Assembly: GCA_017513085.1 (NCBI GenBank) | Contig: JAFWDK010000010.1 | Location: 288,001-352,000, forward strand | Direction: 5' to 3' | Source of the DNA: Clostridiales bacterium | GTDB taxonomy: Bacteria > Bacillota > Clostridia > Saccharofermentanales > Saccharofermentanaceae | DNA length: 64,000 bases | Part shown: in pieces, positions 30,044-38,488 of the stretch | How the letters are laid out: each line of letters starts with the position of its first letter | Position numbering within the stretch: the stretch's first letter is position 1 | Position numbers and translations under genes: made by a program | The notes under the pieces: model-generated | What the model was told of the DNA's origin: nothing | Databases searched by the model: none | Seen by the model: only the letters and a program-made list of their open reading frames with translations

Positions 30044-30688
30044 TCAGTTGACCTTCGAGCGGAAAACTCCATCGACTACCCCAAGAATGCGACAGTCGTC
30101 ATCTTCGAACGGAATAGGGGAGTAGGCAGGATTTTCAGGAAGAAGCAAAGCGTGACCGCCCTTGTAAGATAATCTCTTTACTGTAGCTTCATTGCCAATC
30201 AGCGCTACAATGATCTGATTCATATTGGCCATGTTATCGCGTCGTACGATCACATAATCTCCATCCATAATGTGAGCATTGATCATACTGTCGCCACGAA
30301 CTTTCAACATAAAATATTCGGAATTTCCGAAATATTCAGACGGAAAGGACATATAACTGTCAATATTCTCCTCAGCAAGGATGGGCACTCCGGCTGTAAC
30401 AGTACCGACCAAAGGAATCTTGGTCGTTGTCATAGCCAGGGAAGTCTTCTTAGCAGGTTCCTTGATCTGGATTGCGCGACGCTTCCCGGGTGTGTACTCA
30501 ATCTTATCCATCTCCACAAGTCGATGAAGATGGGCATGGACTGTGGAGGTGGATTTGATACCCACACCTTGGCATATCTCACGAACAGAAGGCGGATATC
30601 CTTCCTTCTTAACATAAGACACGATAAAGGAATAGATGATTTCCAAAGTTTCACTCAGATTGCTCTTCGTAAATCTGTAAACGCTCAT
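30044..30688 (-). CDS. lexA: SOS repressor LexA
   Basis: GYPPSVREI..STSTVHAHL HTH, VTAG cleavage site, GDSM Ser, TVKR Lys. Confidence 0.96.
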   Translation of the reverse strand: MSVYRFTKSNLSETLEIIYSFIVSYVKKEGYPPSVREICQGVGIKSTSTVHAHLHRLVEMDKIEYTPGKRRAIQIKEPAKKTSLAMTTTKIPLVGTVTAGVPILAEENIDSYMSFPSEYFGNSEYFMLKVRGDSMINAHIMDGDYVIVRRDNMANMNQIIVALIGNEATVKRLSYKGGHALLLPENPAYSPIPFEDDDCRILGVVDGVFRSKVN

Positions 30689-30714
30689 AAATCAACCTCC
30701 ATACGTTTTTATTA

Positions 30715-30754
30715 ATCTTAACATTCCATAGAACAGTTGTCAAACGATTGTTCG
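30715..30754. promoter_or_regulatory. lexA promoter with two overlapping SOS (LexA) boxes
   Basis: Minus strand TTGACA (30743-30738)-17-TAAGAT (30720-30715); CAAAC-GATT-GTTCG (30741-30754) is 1 mismatch from CGAAC-N4-GTTCG; weaker GAAC-AGTT-GTCA (30731-30742). Confidence 0.75.
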
Positions 30755-30776
30755 TATTTCGGGAGAGGAGAAGTAT

Positions 30777-30893
30777 ATGAAGAAAAACGGATCGGATACG
30801 CTCACATTACGAGTACTGATCGGATGTCTTGGTGTGATGCTGGTTTTAATCATACTCACTATGCTTGAATATGTGCGATTGATGTGCATTTGA
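30777..30893 (+). CDS. 38-aa single-TM small protein divergent from lexA (below ORF-track cutoff)
   Basis: Strong RBS GGGAGAGGAG; MKKNGSDTLTLRVLIGCLGVMLVLIILTMLEYVRLMCI*. Confidence 0.6.
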   Translation: MKKNGSDTLTLRVLIGCLGVMLVLIILTMLEYVRLMCI

Positions 30894-30948
30894 TGCAAGA
30901 GTTTTTTCGTTGTGCTATAATTTTGTGTGAATTAAAGGAAAAAGCAAA

Positions 30949-31518
30949 ATGAGCGATAACGAGAATAATATAGAATTAGAAGAAATAAACCAGGAAGATT
31001 TTGAGCAGGAGCCGGCGGATGAGAAAACCAGAAACGACTCCTGGTGGGAACGTGCATTATTTGCAGTTCTTGGTTTTTTTGCATTTCTGGGAAGAACTAC
31101 ATGGAATTTCTTTAAAACTTTACCGAGCCGTATTTCAGCAAAGATAAAAGAAAAAATTGCCCAGAAAAAGAGGATGCCTAAGCGTAAATCTATTCATAAA
31201 GTCTATGTACTGGTTGGATATACGACCAAAGAATACGTTAATCGGAAATATCGTAAAGAACGTATTTTATTGATCGTTCGAAGGATCTTGGTAGCATGTA
31301 TCATTTTGATCATTCTGGTTATGGCATATCGTTGGATCATGCCACAGTTGGATACTGACGAATATAAACAGATGATCGGAATCAATGATATCAATGATCT
31401 GACTAAGAGTGATCCTTTTGCCAAAGAATCTACAACAGCAGCTGTGCAATTAGATTCACAAGCAGTTACACCAATTCCATCTGCCACGTCAGAAACAATC
31501 GATAGTAGTAATTCTTGA
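30949..31518 (+). CDS. Hypothetical membrane protein
   Basis: AAAGGA RBS, upstream TGCTATAAT; acidic N-terminus, hydrophobic segment, basic region, TM, S/T-rich tail. Confidence 0.75.
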   Translation: MSDNENNIELEEINQEDFEQEPADEKTRNDSWWERALFAVLGFFAFLGRTTWNFFKTLPSRISAKIKEKIAQKKRMPKRKSIHKVYVLVGYTTKEYVNRKYRKERILLIVRRILVACIILIILVMAYRWIMPQLDTDEYKQMIGINDINDLTKSDPFAKESTTAAVQLDSQAVTPIPSATSETIDSSNS

Positions 31519-31526
31519 ATATAAGA

Positions 31527-31560
31527 AGGGGCCTTGAAAAGAAAAGGCCCCTGATTTTTT
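31527..31560 (+). terminator. Intrinsic terminator
   Basis: AGGGGCCTT-gaaaagaa-AAGGCCCCT followed by GATTTTTT. Confidence 0.8.
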
Positions 31561-31567
31561 ATAGATG

Positions 31568-31599
31568 CAATTAAACAAAATCACAGTTTTGTTTAATTG
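31568..31599. other. Candidate dif (chromosome dimer resolution) site: 13-bp perfect inverted repeat with 6-bp spacer
   Basis: CAATTAAACAAAA-TCACAG-TTTTGTTTAATTG, intergenic, at the gene-orientation switch; the repeat is certain, the dif role is inferred. Confidence 0.65.
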
Positions 31600-31623
31600 G
31601 GAAGAGGTTTTATAATATAGAAG

Positions 31624-31684
31624 AAACTCTTTCCGAAATATGTTCCAAGCTTACTGAAAGCTTTGTTTTCCGGAAAGAGTTTTT
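31624..31684. terminator. Long hairpin, probable (bidirectional) terminator for leuA
   Basis: AAACTCTTTCCG...CGGAAAGAGTTT stem with inner AAGCTT/AAGCTT pairing; T-rich tails on both strands. Confidence 0.6.
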
Positions 31685-31744
31685 GTAAACAAAATCGATG
31701 ACCGCTCAGGAGCGTTTTATTTTCTTTCAGATGATGAATCGTAC

Positions 31745-33397
31745 TTAACGGATCATTCTATTTAATGCGCATACGACAGCTCGCAGTGATGATTTGGTTA
31801 CAGAACTTGAAATTCCTGCTCCAAGATGCAACTCTTTATTATCGTCTTCAAGTTGTACATATGTTATAGCCGCAGAATCTGATCCGCTCTTAATGGCGTG
31901 CTCATTATACATCTTGATGGATATTTTAATGTTCAAGTTCTTTTCAAGACCATTACAGAATGCATCCAATAAACCAATACCATCTCCGTTGATCGTGATG
32001 ATCTCATCAGACTTTTTCAGATTCACAGTTACGTGAGCTTTTTTATCGCCAAGCGAATCTTCACGATAACCAATCATATGATATGGTGTCATGACATTTA
32101 CATAAACTTCATCAAACAGTTCAAATAGTTCTTGCGGCATCAGATCGCTGTGACGGTTTTCAGATTCTGCAGTAACGATCTGCATGAAGTCTTTCTGGAA
32201 AGCTTTCGGCAGATGCAATCCAAAATTGCGTTCCATGATATAGGCCAGGCCGTTTTTGCCGGATTGACTGTTGATACGGATGATCGGATCATAATTGCGC
32301 CCAACGTCCGCAGGATCGATCGGTAAATATGGCACATACCATGTATTTTTTCTTTTGACATTTTCCATGCCTTTCTGGATCGCATTCTGGTGTGTGCCTG
32401 AAAACGCCGTAAATACAAGCCTTCCAGCCCATGGCTGTCTGTCACTTATCCGCATTCCGGTACAGGCTTCATACATGTCGATCACATCATCCATATCGGA
32501 GAAATCCAGTTCGGGATCCACGCCTTGCATGAACATATTCATCGCTAATGTCACTATATCCGCATTTCCCGTACGTTCGCCGTTTCCGAAAAGCGTGCCT
32601 TCCACGCGATCTGCACCAGCCATTAATGCCAGCTCAGATGATGCAACTCCTGTTCCACGGTCATTGTGTGTGTGCACGGAAACAATGATAGAATCCCTGT
32701 AACGCGTATGTGTGACAAAATACTCGATCATGTCTGCAAAAACGTTCGGTGAAGTCATTTGAACAGTTTCAGGCAAATTAATGATCACCTTTTTATCCGG
32801 CGTCGGTTTCCATACGTCTAATACGGCATCACAGATCTCCACGGCAAAATCCGGCTCCGTTTCGGAGAAATTCTCAGGTGAATACTCCAGAAACCATTCT
32901 GTGTTGCTCTCATCCTGATCGATCTCCGCCTGGATCATCTGTGCGCCTTTCACGGCCAGTTCCTTGCATTGTTCTTTAGTGAAACCGAAAACGACTTCGC
33001 GTTGTAACTGAGACGTTGCATTATACAGATGAACAATGGCTTTATCGGCGCCTTTAACGGAATCAAAGGTCTTATGGATCACATCTTCACGTGCCATTGT
33101 CAGAACCTGGATCGTAACATCACGAGGAATCAATCCGTTGTCGATCAGATAACGCGTGAATTCATATTCGGTATCAGAAGCTGCAGGATATCCGACTTCA
33201 ATATGCTTAAACCCGATCTTTACAAGAAAATCAAAAAACTGGATCTTCTGATTCAGATCCATCGGCACTTCCAAAGCCTGATTTCCATCGCGTAGATCTA
33301 CACTGCACCAAATAGGAGCCTTAGTGATCATACGATTGGGCCACTGGCGGTTTGCAAGCTGGATCTTAGGCGGCATGGTGTATTTATTATGCTGCAT
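31745..33397 (-). CDS. leuA: 2-isopropylmalate synthase (yeast/Mycobacterium-type)
   Basis: APIWCSVDLRDGNQAL, EYSPE, HTHNDRG, GNGERTGN, RINSQSGK; start MQHNKY after GAGGAGG. Confidence 0.95.
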   Translation of the reverse strand: MQHNKYTMPPKIQLANRQWPNRMITKAPIWCSVDLRDGNQALEVPMDLNQKIQFFDFLVKIGFKHIEVGYPAASDTEYEFTRYLIDNGLIPRDVTIQVLTMAREDVIHKTFDSVKGADKAIVHLYNATSQLQREVVFGFTKEQCKELAVKGAQMIQAEIDQDESNTEWFLEYSPENFSETEPDFAVEICDAVLDVWKPTPDKKVIINLPETVQMTSPNVFADMIEYFVTHTRYRDSIIVSVHTHNDRGTGVASSELALMAGADRVEGTLFGNGERTGNADIVTLAMNMFMQGVDPELDFSDMDDVIDMYEACTGMRISDRQPWAGRLVFTAFSGTHQNAIQKGMENVKRKNTWYVPYLPIDPADVGRNYDPIIRINSQSGKNGLAYIMERNFGLHLPKAFQKDFMQIVTAESENRHSDLMPQELFELFDEVYVNVMTPYHMIGYREDSLGDKKAHVTVNLKKSDEIITINGDGIGLLDAFCNGLEKNLNIKISIKMYNEHAIKSGSDSAAITYVQLEDDNKELHLGAGISSSVTKSSLRAVVCALNRMIR

Positions 33398-33423
33398 CTT
33401 CTCTTCCCTCCTCTTATAAAAAA

Positions 33424-33700
33424 TCAAACAAAAAAGCTTTCGTCTCCAATAAGAGACGAAAGCCTGAACTTCCGCGGTACCACTCTTCTTCATCCCTTCA
33501 TCGGGATGCACTCATCGGATACGAGAAAACCTGATATCCTGCTCTTCGATAACGGTAAGCCTCCGTCTTCATCTACTTGGATTTCAATGAAGCCACTCCG
33601 AGGCGAGTTCGAAACTGCGTTTTCATCTGCTTGCACCATCCGCAGACTCTCTGAAGAAATTGCCGGTTTCTACTAGTCCTCTTCAACGTGTTGTTCTTAA
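33424..33700 (-). ncRNA. T-box riboswitch with Leu (CUC) specifier
   Basis: Stem I motifs AGTAG...AGAGAG...GGTGCAA...GAA-CTC (specifier at 33607-33605); T-box AAGAGTGGTACCGCG (33487-33473); terminator GGCTTTCGTCTC-TTATTG-GAGACGAAAGC-TTTTTT. Confidence 0.92.
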
Positions 33701-33828
33701 CTAACTTAACACAAATCAATTCTTTTGACAATAAGCGGGGATATCGTAATCCGTTCAAAATTCACAATATAGTCAGATTTATAATAGAATGAAAGACATG
33801 GAATAAACAATAAAAAGGCTAAAGAATG

Positions 33829-33871
33829 AACCGCCTCCCTGGAGCCTAAGACTTCAAGGAGGCGGCTTTTT
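33829..33871 (-). terminator. Terminator downstream of aroF
   Basis: GCCGCCTCCTTGAAG...CTCCAGGGAGGCGGT hairpin. Confidence 0.65.
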
Positions 33872-33891
33872 CTTCATCACGATGATATGTT

Positions 33892-34917
33892 TTAGACCGA
33901 CTTCGGATACTCGCGCTTAACGATAGTTGCCATCTCGCGCACTCTCTGTGCCAATTCTGCATACGCTTCCGGTGTCAGTTGCTGAGCAGCATCGGAAAGA
34001 GCATGTTTCGGATCCGGATGGACTTCGATAATAAGACCATCAGCTCCGGCAGCAATAGCAGCAAGTGCCAGTGGCTGCACATATTGGGCCTTTCCTGCTG
34101 CATGGCTCGGATCCACGATGATTGGAAGATGGGTCTTACCTTTTAATACAGGAACAGCGCTGATATCCAGAGTTGATCTGGTAGCTGTTTCAAATGTTCG
34201 GATACCACGTTCGCACATCATGATGTGGTAGTTGCCTTCACTCATGATATATTCTGCGCTTCCCAACCATTCATCGATCGTCTCAGCAATACCACGCTTC
34301 AGCATGACCGGAATACCGGACTTACCAACCGCGGACAGAAGACGGAAATTCTGAGCATTTCTGGCACCGATCTGGATAATATCCAGATAATTCGAAGCAT
34401 ATTCGATATCGTTCTCAGACGTGATCTCGGAAATAACCAGGAGTCCATAACGATCAGCTACACGACGCAGGATCTTTAATCCTTCTTTTTCCAGACCCTG
34501 AAATGCATATGGAGAAGTTCTCGGCTTATACGCGCCACCACGGAGGACTTTCACACCGCAGGCGACCATCTTCGAAGCAACGGCTTCAACCTGTTCTTCG
34601 CTTTCCACAGCGCAAGGACCTGCCATCATGACCAGTTCTTTTCCACCGATCGTAACATCTTTAACATTAAAAGATGTACCTTCCGGACGGAACTGACGGC
34701 TGGCCAGTTTGTAAGATTCCATGATCGGAACGATCTTTTCTACGCCGGAGAGAACTTCCAGTGAGCCGGGCGTCAAACGGGATTTGTCACCAATGACACC
34801 GATGATCTTACGTTCTGCACCATCTGAAACGTGAGCACGTAACTCGTTTTTTTCCAAAACGTCAATGATCTCATTTACCTGAGCTTCACTGGCACCTGGT
34901 TTTACTACAATAATCAT
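33892..34917 (-). CDS. aroF: 3-deoxy-7-phosphoheptulonate (DAHP) synthase, type I-beta with N-terminal ACT-like domain
   Basis: AGPCAVES, RGGAYKPRTSPY, IGARN, CERGIRTFE, DPSH. Confidence 0.95.
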   Translation of the reverse strand: MIIVVKPGASEAQVNEIIDVLEKNELRAHVSDGAERKIIGVIGDKSRLTPGSLEVLSGVEKIVPIMESYKLASRQFRPEGTSFNVKDVTIGGKELVMMAGPCAVESEEQVEAVASKMVACGVKVLRGGAYKPRTSPYAFQGLEKEGLKILRRVADRYGLLVISEITSENDIEYASNYLDIIQIGARNAQNFRLLSAVGKSGIPVMLKRGIAETIDEWLGSAEYIMSEGNYHIMMCERGIRTFETATRSTLDISAVPVLKGKTHLPIIVDPSHAAGKAQYVQPLALAAIAAGADGLIIEVHPDPKHALSDAAQQLTPEAYAELAQRVREMATIVKREYPKSV

Positions 34918-34983
34918 ACTTTACCTTCTTTCTTGTGACGCTCCATGCGCCACACCTACCATACTACGAATCAGCATTATATC

Positions 34984-36441
34984 TTATTTTATGTTTTCAA
35001 TAAAGCATTTATAGGCAAGATACGTAAAATATAGATCAATTTTACTGATCACTTCATATGGAGCATGCATGGAAAGTACCGGAACACCACAGTCAATGAC
35101 CTCCATTCCGAGCTTAGCCAGGTACGCAGAAATCGTTCCGCCACCGCCGGCATCAACTTTACCGAGTTCTCCGGTCTGCCACGGAATATCATTTTCGGCA
35201 AAGACTCGAAGAATGGAAGCAAAGAATTCGCTATTGGCATCACTTGCACCGGATTTACCTCTGGCCCCTGTGTATTTTTCCATCTTGACGCCCTTGGAAA
35301 GATAAGCTGTATTTCTCTTATCGGAAACATTGGCATACTTAGGATCGAAAGCATTGGAAACGTCCGTGGAAAGCATCTTAGTATTTGCGATGCACTTTCT
35401 GTAGCCGAGTTCATCGTATCCGCCGTTAATCTTTGCGAAAAGCTCTACAAGGAAATTCTCGTAAAGACGGGATTGTGCGCCGGAGTTTCCATATGATCCG
35501 ATCTCTTCTTTATCGGAAAGCATGCAAACACAAGTACGTGCCGGTGCTTCCTGTGCCATAACAGCCATTAATGCAGGATAAGCACAAACTTTATCGTCGT
35601 GACCATAGGCAGCGATCAAAGCTCGGTCAAAACCAACATCACGAGCCTTCATAGCCGGAACGATCTCTATTTCAGCAGAAACGAAATCCTTCTCATCAAT
35701 GCTGTATTCCGTGTTAAGAAGTTTCAGGATCGCATACTTGCAGGCATTGGAAGAGTCATCTCCGGAAAGTTTGCTTCCGCCGATCAAAACGTTCAGGTCT
35801 TCACCTTTGATGAAATCAGTGGCTTTCTGGCTCATCTGTTCTCCACCGAGATGAGGGAGAAGATCGGTGATGTAGAAGATCGGATCTTCGTCCTTTTCTC
35901 CGATGCAAAGAGTAAGCTTCTTGCCGTTTTTCAGCATTACAACACCATGGATAGCCAACGGAATCGTCGTCCACTGATACTTCTTAATGCCACCATAATA
36001 ATGTGTCTTGAAGAAACAGAGCTCATCCTCTTCATAAATCGGATTAGGCTTGAGATCAAGTCTTGGAGAGTCGATGTGCGCGCCAAGAATGTTAAAACCC
36101 TTTACAGCAGATTCTTTACCGACAACGGCAAACATCAAGCCTTTACCCTTGATCGAGGAATAAACCTTATCACCAACTTTAAGGGAATCCTTGCTTTCAA
36201 TATCAGCATAACCTGCGTCAGTCAAAGCCGCGATAGCATTATTCACGAACTCACGCTCGGTTTTCGAAATATCCAGAAATGCCATGTATTCTTCAGCAAA
36301 CGCCATAGTATGCTCGATATCATCAGCAGATCTGGATTCCCAAAGGTTCGGATACTCAGCAAAAAGTTCCTTTTTCTCTTTCTTAGAAACCTTGGGTTTC
36401 TTCTCTTTGAGTTCTTTTACTGTTTTCTTTTCTTTAGCCAT
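34984..36441 (-). CDS. M18-family aminopeptidase
   Basis: KTERE, AHIDSPRLDLK, HYYGGIKKYQW, DDK, EEIGS, MHAPYE. Confidence 0.92.
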   Translation of the reverse strand: MAKEKKTVKELKEKKPKVSKKEKKELFAEYPNLWESRSADDIEHTMAFAEEYMAFLDISKTEREFVNNAIAALTDAGYADIESKDSLKVGDKVYSSIKGKGLMFAVVGKESAVKGFNILGAHIDSPRLDLKPNPIYEEDELCFFKTHYYGGIKKYQWTTIPLAIHGVVMLKNGKKLTLCIGEKDEDPIFYITDLLPHLGGEQMSQKATDFIKGEDLNVLIGGSKLSGDDSSNACKYAILKLLNTEYSIDEKDFVSAEIEIVPAMKARDVGFDRALIAAYGHDDKVCAYPALMAVMAQEAPARTCVCMLSDKEEIGSYGNSGAQSRLYENFLVELFAKINGGYDELGYRKCIANTKMLSTDVSNAFDPKYANVSDKRNTAYLSKGVKMEKYTGARGKSGASDANSEFFASILRVFAENDIPWQTGELGKVDAGGGGTISAYLAKLGMEVIDCGVPVLSMHAPYEVISKIDLYFTYLAYKCFIENIK

Positions 36442-36543
36442 ATATTTCACTCCTTATATCAAGAAACTAAACAAAAACTTCCCATATATGATACCATAAT
36501 ATAGAATTAAATGAGACTAACTAGAAGGACTTTTTGCCTATTT

Positions 36544-37362
36544 ATGTATACGGATAATCACAATCATACCAAGCATTTCAGTTCTGATGCCAGAATGTCG
36601 GCACAGGAACTTATCGATACATGCAGATCCTTGAAAATGAACGGAGTTGCTGTGACGGAGCACTATGAAGGAGATTACCCACATGATATCGGTGTTCCGC
36701 AAATCTTTGACATTTCTTCGTTTTTTGCGGAGAGCAGTTCATGGCTGGAATATGCCGGCGATTTTCATCTATACCGTGGAATCGAACTCGGATATCAGAA
36801 GCATCTTTGTAGTTTTTACGATGACATGATCGCAAAGTATCCTTTTGATTCCGTTATACTTTCGAATCACTTATATCGTGGCAAAGATCCATACTTTTTC
36901 CGTGATTGTTATGATGAAGATATGATTACTGTCTACACACGTTATATTGAAGAAATGGCAGATATGGTGGAAGGCTGTAAAAACTTTGATATTGTCGGTC
37001 ATTTCGATTATATCAACCGTTATGCCCCCTACCCGGCTCCTCAGATCAAATATGATCAATGCCCGGAAAGCTTTGACCGTTTCCTTTCTTCGATCGTTGC
37101 TAAAGGAAAATCACTGGAGATCAATACCCGCTCTGTCGATAAGATGCGACGGAAAGGAATCGATGATTGTATGCCGGATCCGACGATCCTCAAGCGATAT
37201 TATGATTTAGGCGGCAGATGGATCAGCCTTGGTTCCGATTCGCATGATAAAGACACTTTGTGCATACATTTTAAAGAAGTTGCCGAGTACTTACATTCTT
37301 TCGGATTTACTGAGAATTCCTATTACGTGAAACGACAGAGATTCGGAGAACCTTTAGTATAA
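36544..37362 (+). CDS. PHP-family phosphatase (histidinol-phosphatase HisJ-like)
   Basis: DNHNHT, TEH, GIELG, GHFDY, EINT, LGSDSH. Confidence 0.85.
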   Translation: MYTDNHNHTKHFSSDARMSAQELIDTCRSLKMNGVAVTEHYEGDYPHDIGVPQIFDISSFFAESSSWLEYAGDFHLYRGIELGYQKHLCSFYDDMIAKYPFDSVILSNHLYRGKDPYFFRDCYDEDMITVYTRYIEEMADMVEGCKNFDIVGHFDYINRYAPYPAPQIKYDQCPESFDRFLSSIVAKGKSLEINTRSVDKMRRKGIDDCMPDPTILKRYYDLGGRWISLGSDSHDKDTLCIHFKEVAEYLHSFGFTENSYYVKRQRFGEPLV

Positions 37363-38475
37363 GTAGGAAGTATACGGAATGAAGCCGTTTTGACCTAGTT
37401 TATCGATAACACAACCATCTACGAGAGTTTCTCCTGACATGTCTCTCAGATATCCCGGCTGCCCGTCTTCTAATCTCGGGTAGAACTCGTGATGAAGCCT
37501 ATAACCTTTTTCGCACCGACAAAGTGACAGCCTTCTGGGGTAACTCTGGATTCCGCGGAATCCCTCCCTTTCCGTTTCAATCTTCATAGACGCGGACGAG
37601 TTTCCGAGCCACGCCATTAAAATGGTTTTGTCCACATTGGAAAAGATAGAGCCGGCATAAAAATCCGGTCCGTAATCCACAAGAAGCACTTCTTGTTGCT
37701 CACGATCTGCCTGAAAAGCACTTCCGTCAAATGTTCCTACGAAATACTGCATCAAACGGTTGTGCGGCAGCGTTTCTTCCGGCAGTTTGGAATACTCTTC
37801 TTCAGGAATATCCATGCTCATCATGAGCACATACTTCTCTTTTATATCAGTATCATCGGATACGCTGCAAGAAAACATGCATGGGCACTCGATCATGCCG
37901 TGAAGTGCGTATTCCGGGAGTATGAAAGCACCTGTTTTCACCCACATAAGAAGATCGAGGGAATGATAAAAGACGATTTCCTTCTCTGTCGTAAAACATA
38001 AAGAATAACCGCCAAGAATCTTATTGGTAAAAACGTGCGGATCCCTGGCCGGTGTATGTTCTTGGCCGGGAATGATCGGATTGGACGGATGCTTTTGAAA
38101 ATGAATCCCGTCCGTACTATAAGCCAAACACTGCATCTCCCTTGAGTTTTCCATATTGTGGGAAGTGTAAAAAGCCAGAAGCGGCGGATTATCTTTGGTC
38201 CCGAGGCCGGAAAGATTCTCATGATCAACAATGCAGCTTCCAGAAAAGATATCTCCTTGCTCGTCAGGATAAAGAGCTATTTCCTGTTCTTGCCAATTTA
38301 TAAGATCTGTTGATATAGCATGACCCCAGTGCATAGAATCCCATGTCAGGCCATGCGGGTTATACTGAAAGAAAAGATGATACCGGTTCTGATAAAAGAC
38401 CAATCCGTTCGGATCATTCATCCAACCATATGTCGGTGTGAAGTGATACTTGGGTCGTAATGTCTTCTCTTCCAT
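37354..38475 (-). CDS. Glycoside hydrolase family 32 (beta-fructosidase/levanase-like)
   Basis: WMNDPNG, WGHA, FSGS, RDP, ECP, DYGPDFYA. Confidence 0.9.
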   Translation of the reverse strand: MEEKTLRPKYHFTPTYGWMNDPNGLVFYQNRYHLFFQYNPHGLTWDSMHWGHAISTDLINWQEQEIALYPDEQGDIFSGSCIVDHENLSGLGTKDNPPLLAFYTSHNMENSREMQCLAYSTDGIHFQKHPSNPIIPGQEHTPARDPHVFTNKILGGYSLCFTTEKEIVFYHSLDLLMWVKTGAFILPEYALHGMIECPCMFSCSVSDDTDIKEKYVLMMSMDIPEEEYSKLPEETLPHNRLMQYFVGTFDGSAFQADREQQEVLLVDYGPDFYAGSIFSNVDKTILMAWLGNSSASMKIETEREGFRGIQSYPRRLSLCRCEKGYRLHHEFYPRLEDGQPGYLRDMSGETLVDGCVIDKLGQNGFIPYTSYLY

Positions 38476-38488
38476 TAGAAATCTCCTC

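Noticed and set aside
31568-31599. Palindrome read as an intrinsic terminator
   Set aside because: The stem is almost all A/T with no U-tail, and both flanking genes already have stronger, more GC-rich hairpins.
31628-31655. TCTTTCCGAAA resembling my recollection of the difSL left arm
   Set aside because: The match stops after about 11 bp, lacks the AAAA-N6-TTTT core, and is explained as one arm of the leuA terminator hairpin.
33398-33511. N-terminal extension of LeuA in the ORF track
   Set aside because: It runs through the T-box antiterminator/terminator; the real start with an RBS is at 33397.
35599-36504. Long antisense ORFs (also 44532-45503, 53093-53932, 54012-55151, 57201-57848, 2941-3630)
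   Set aside because: They shadow well-conserved genes on the opposite strand, show no recognisable motifs, and are expected from biased codon usage.
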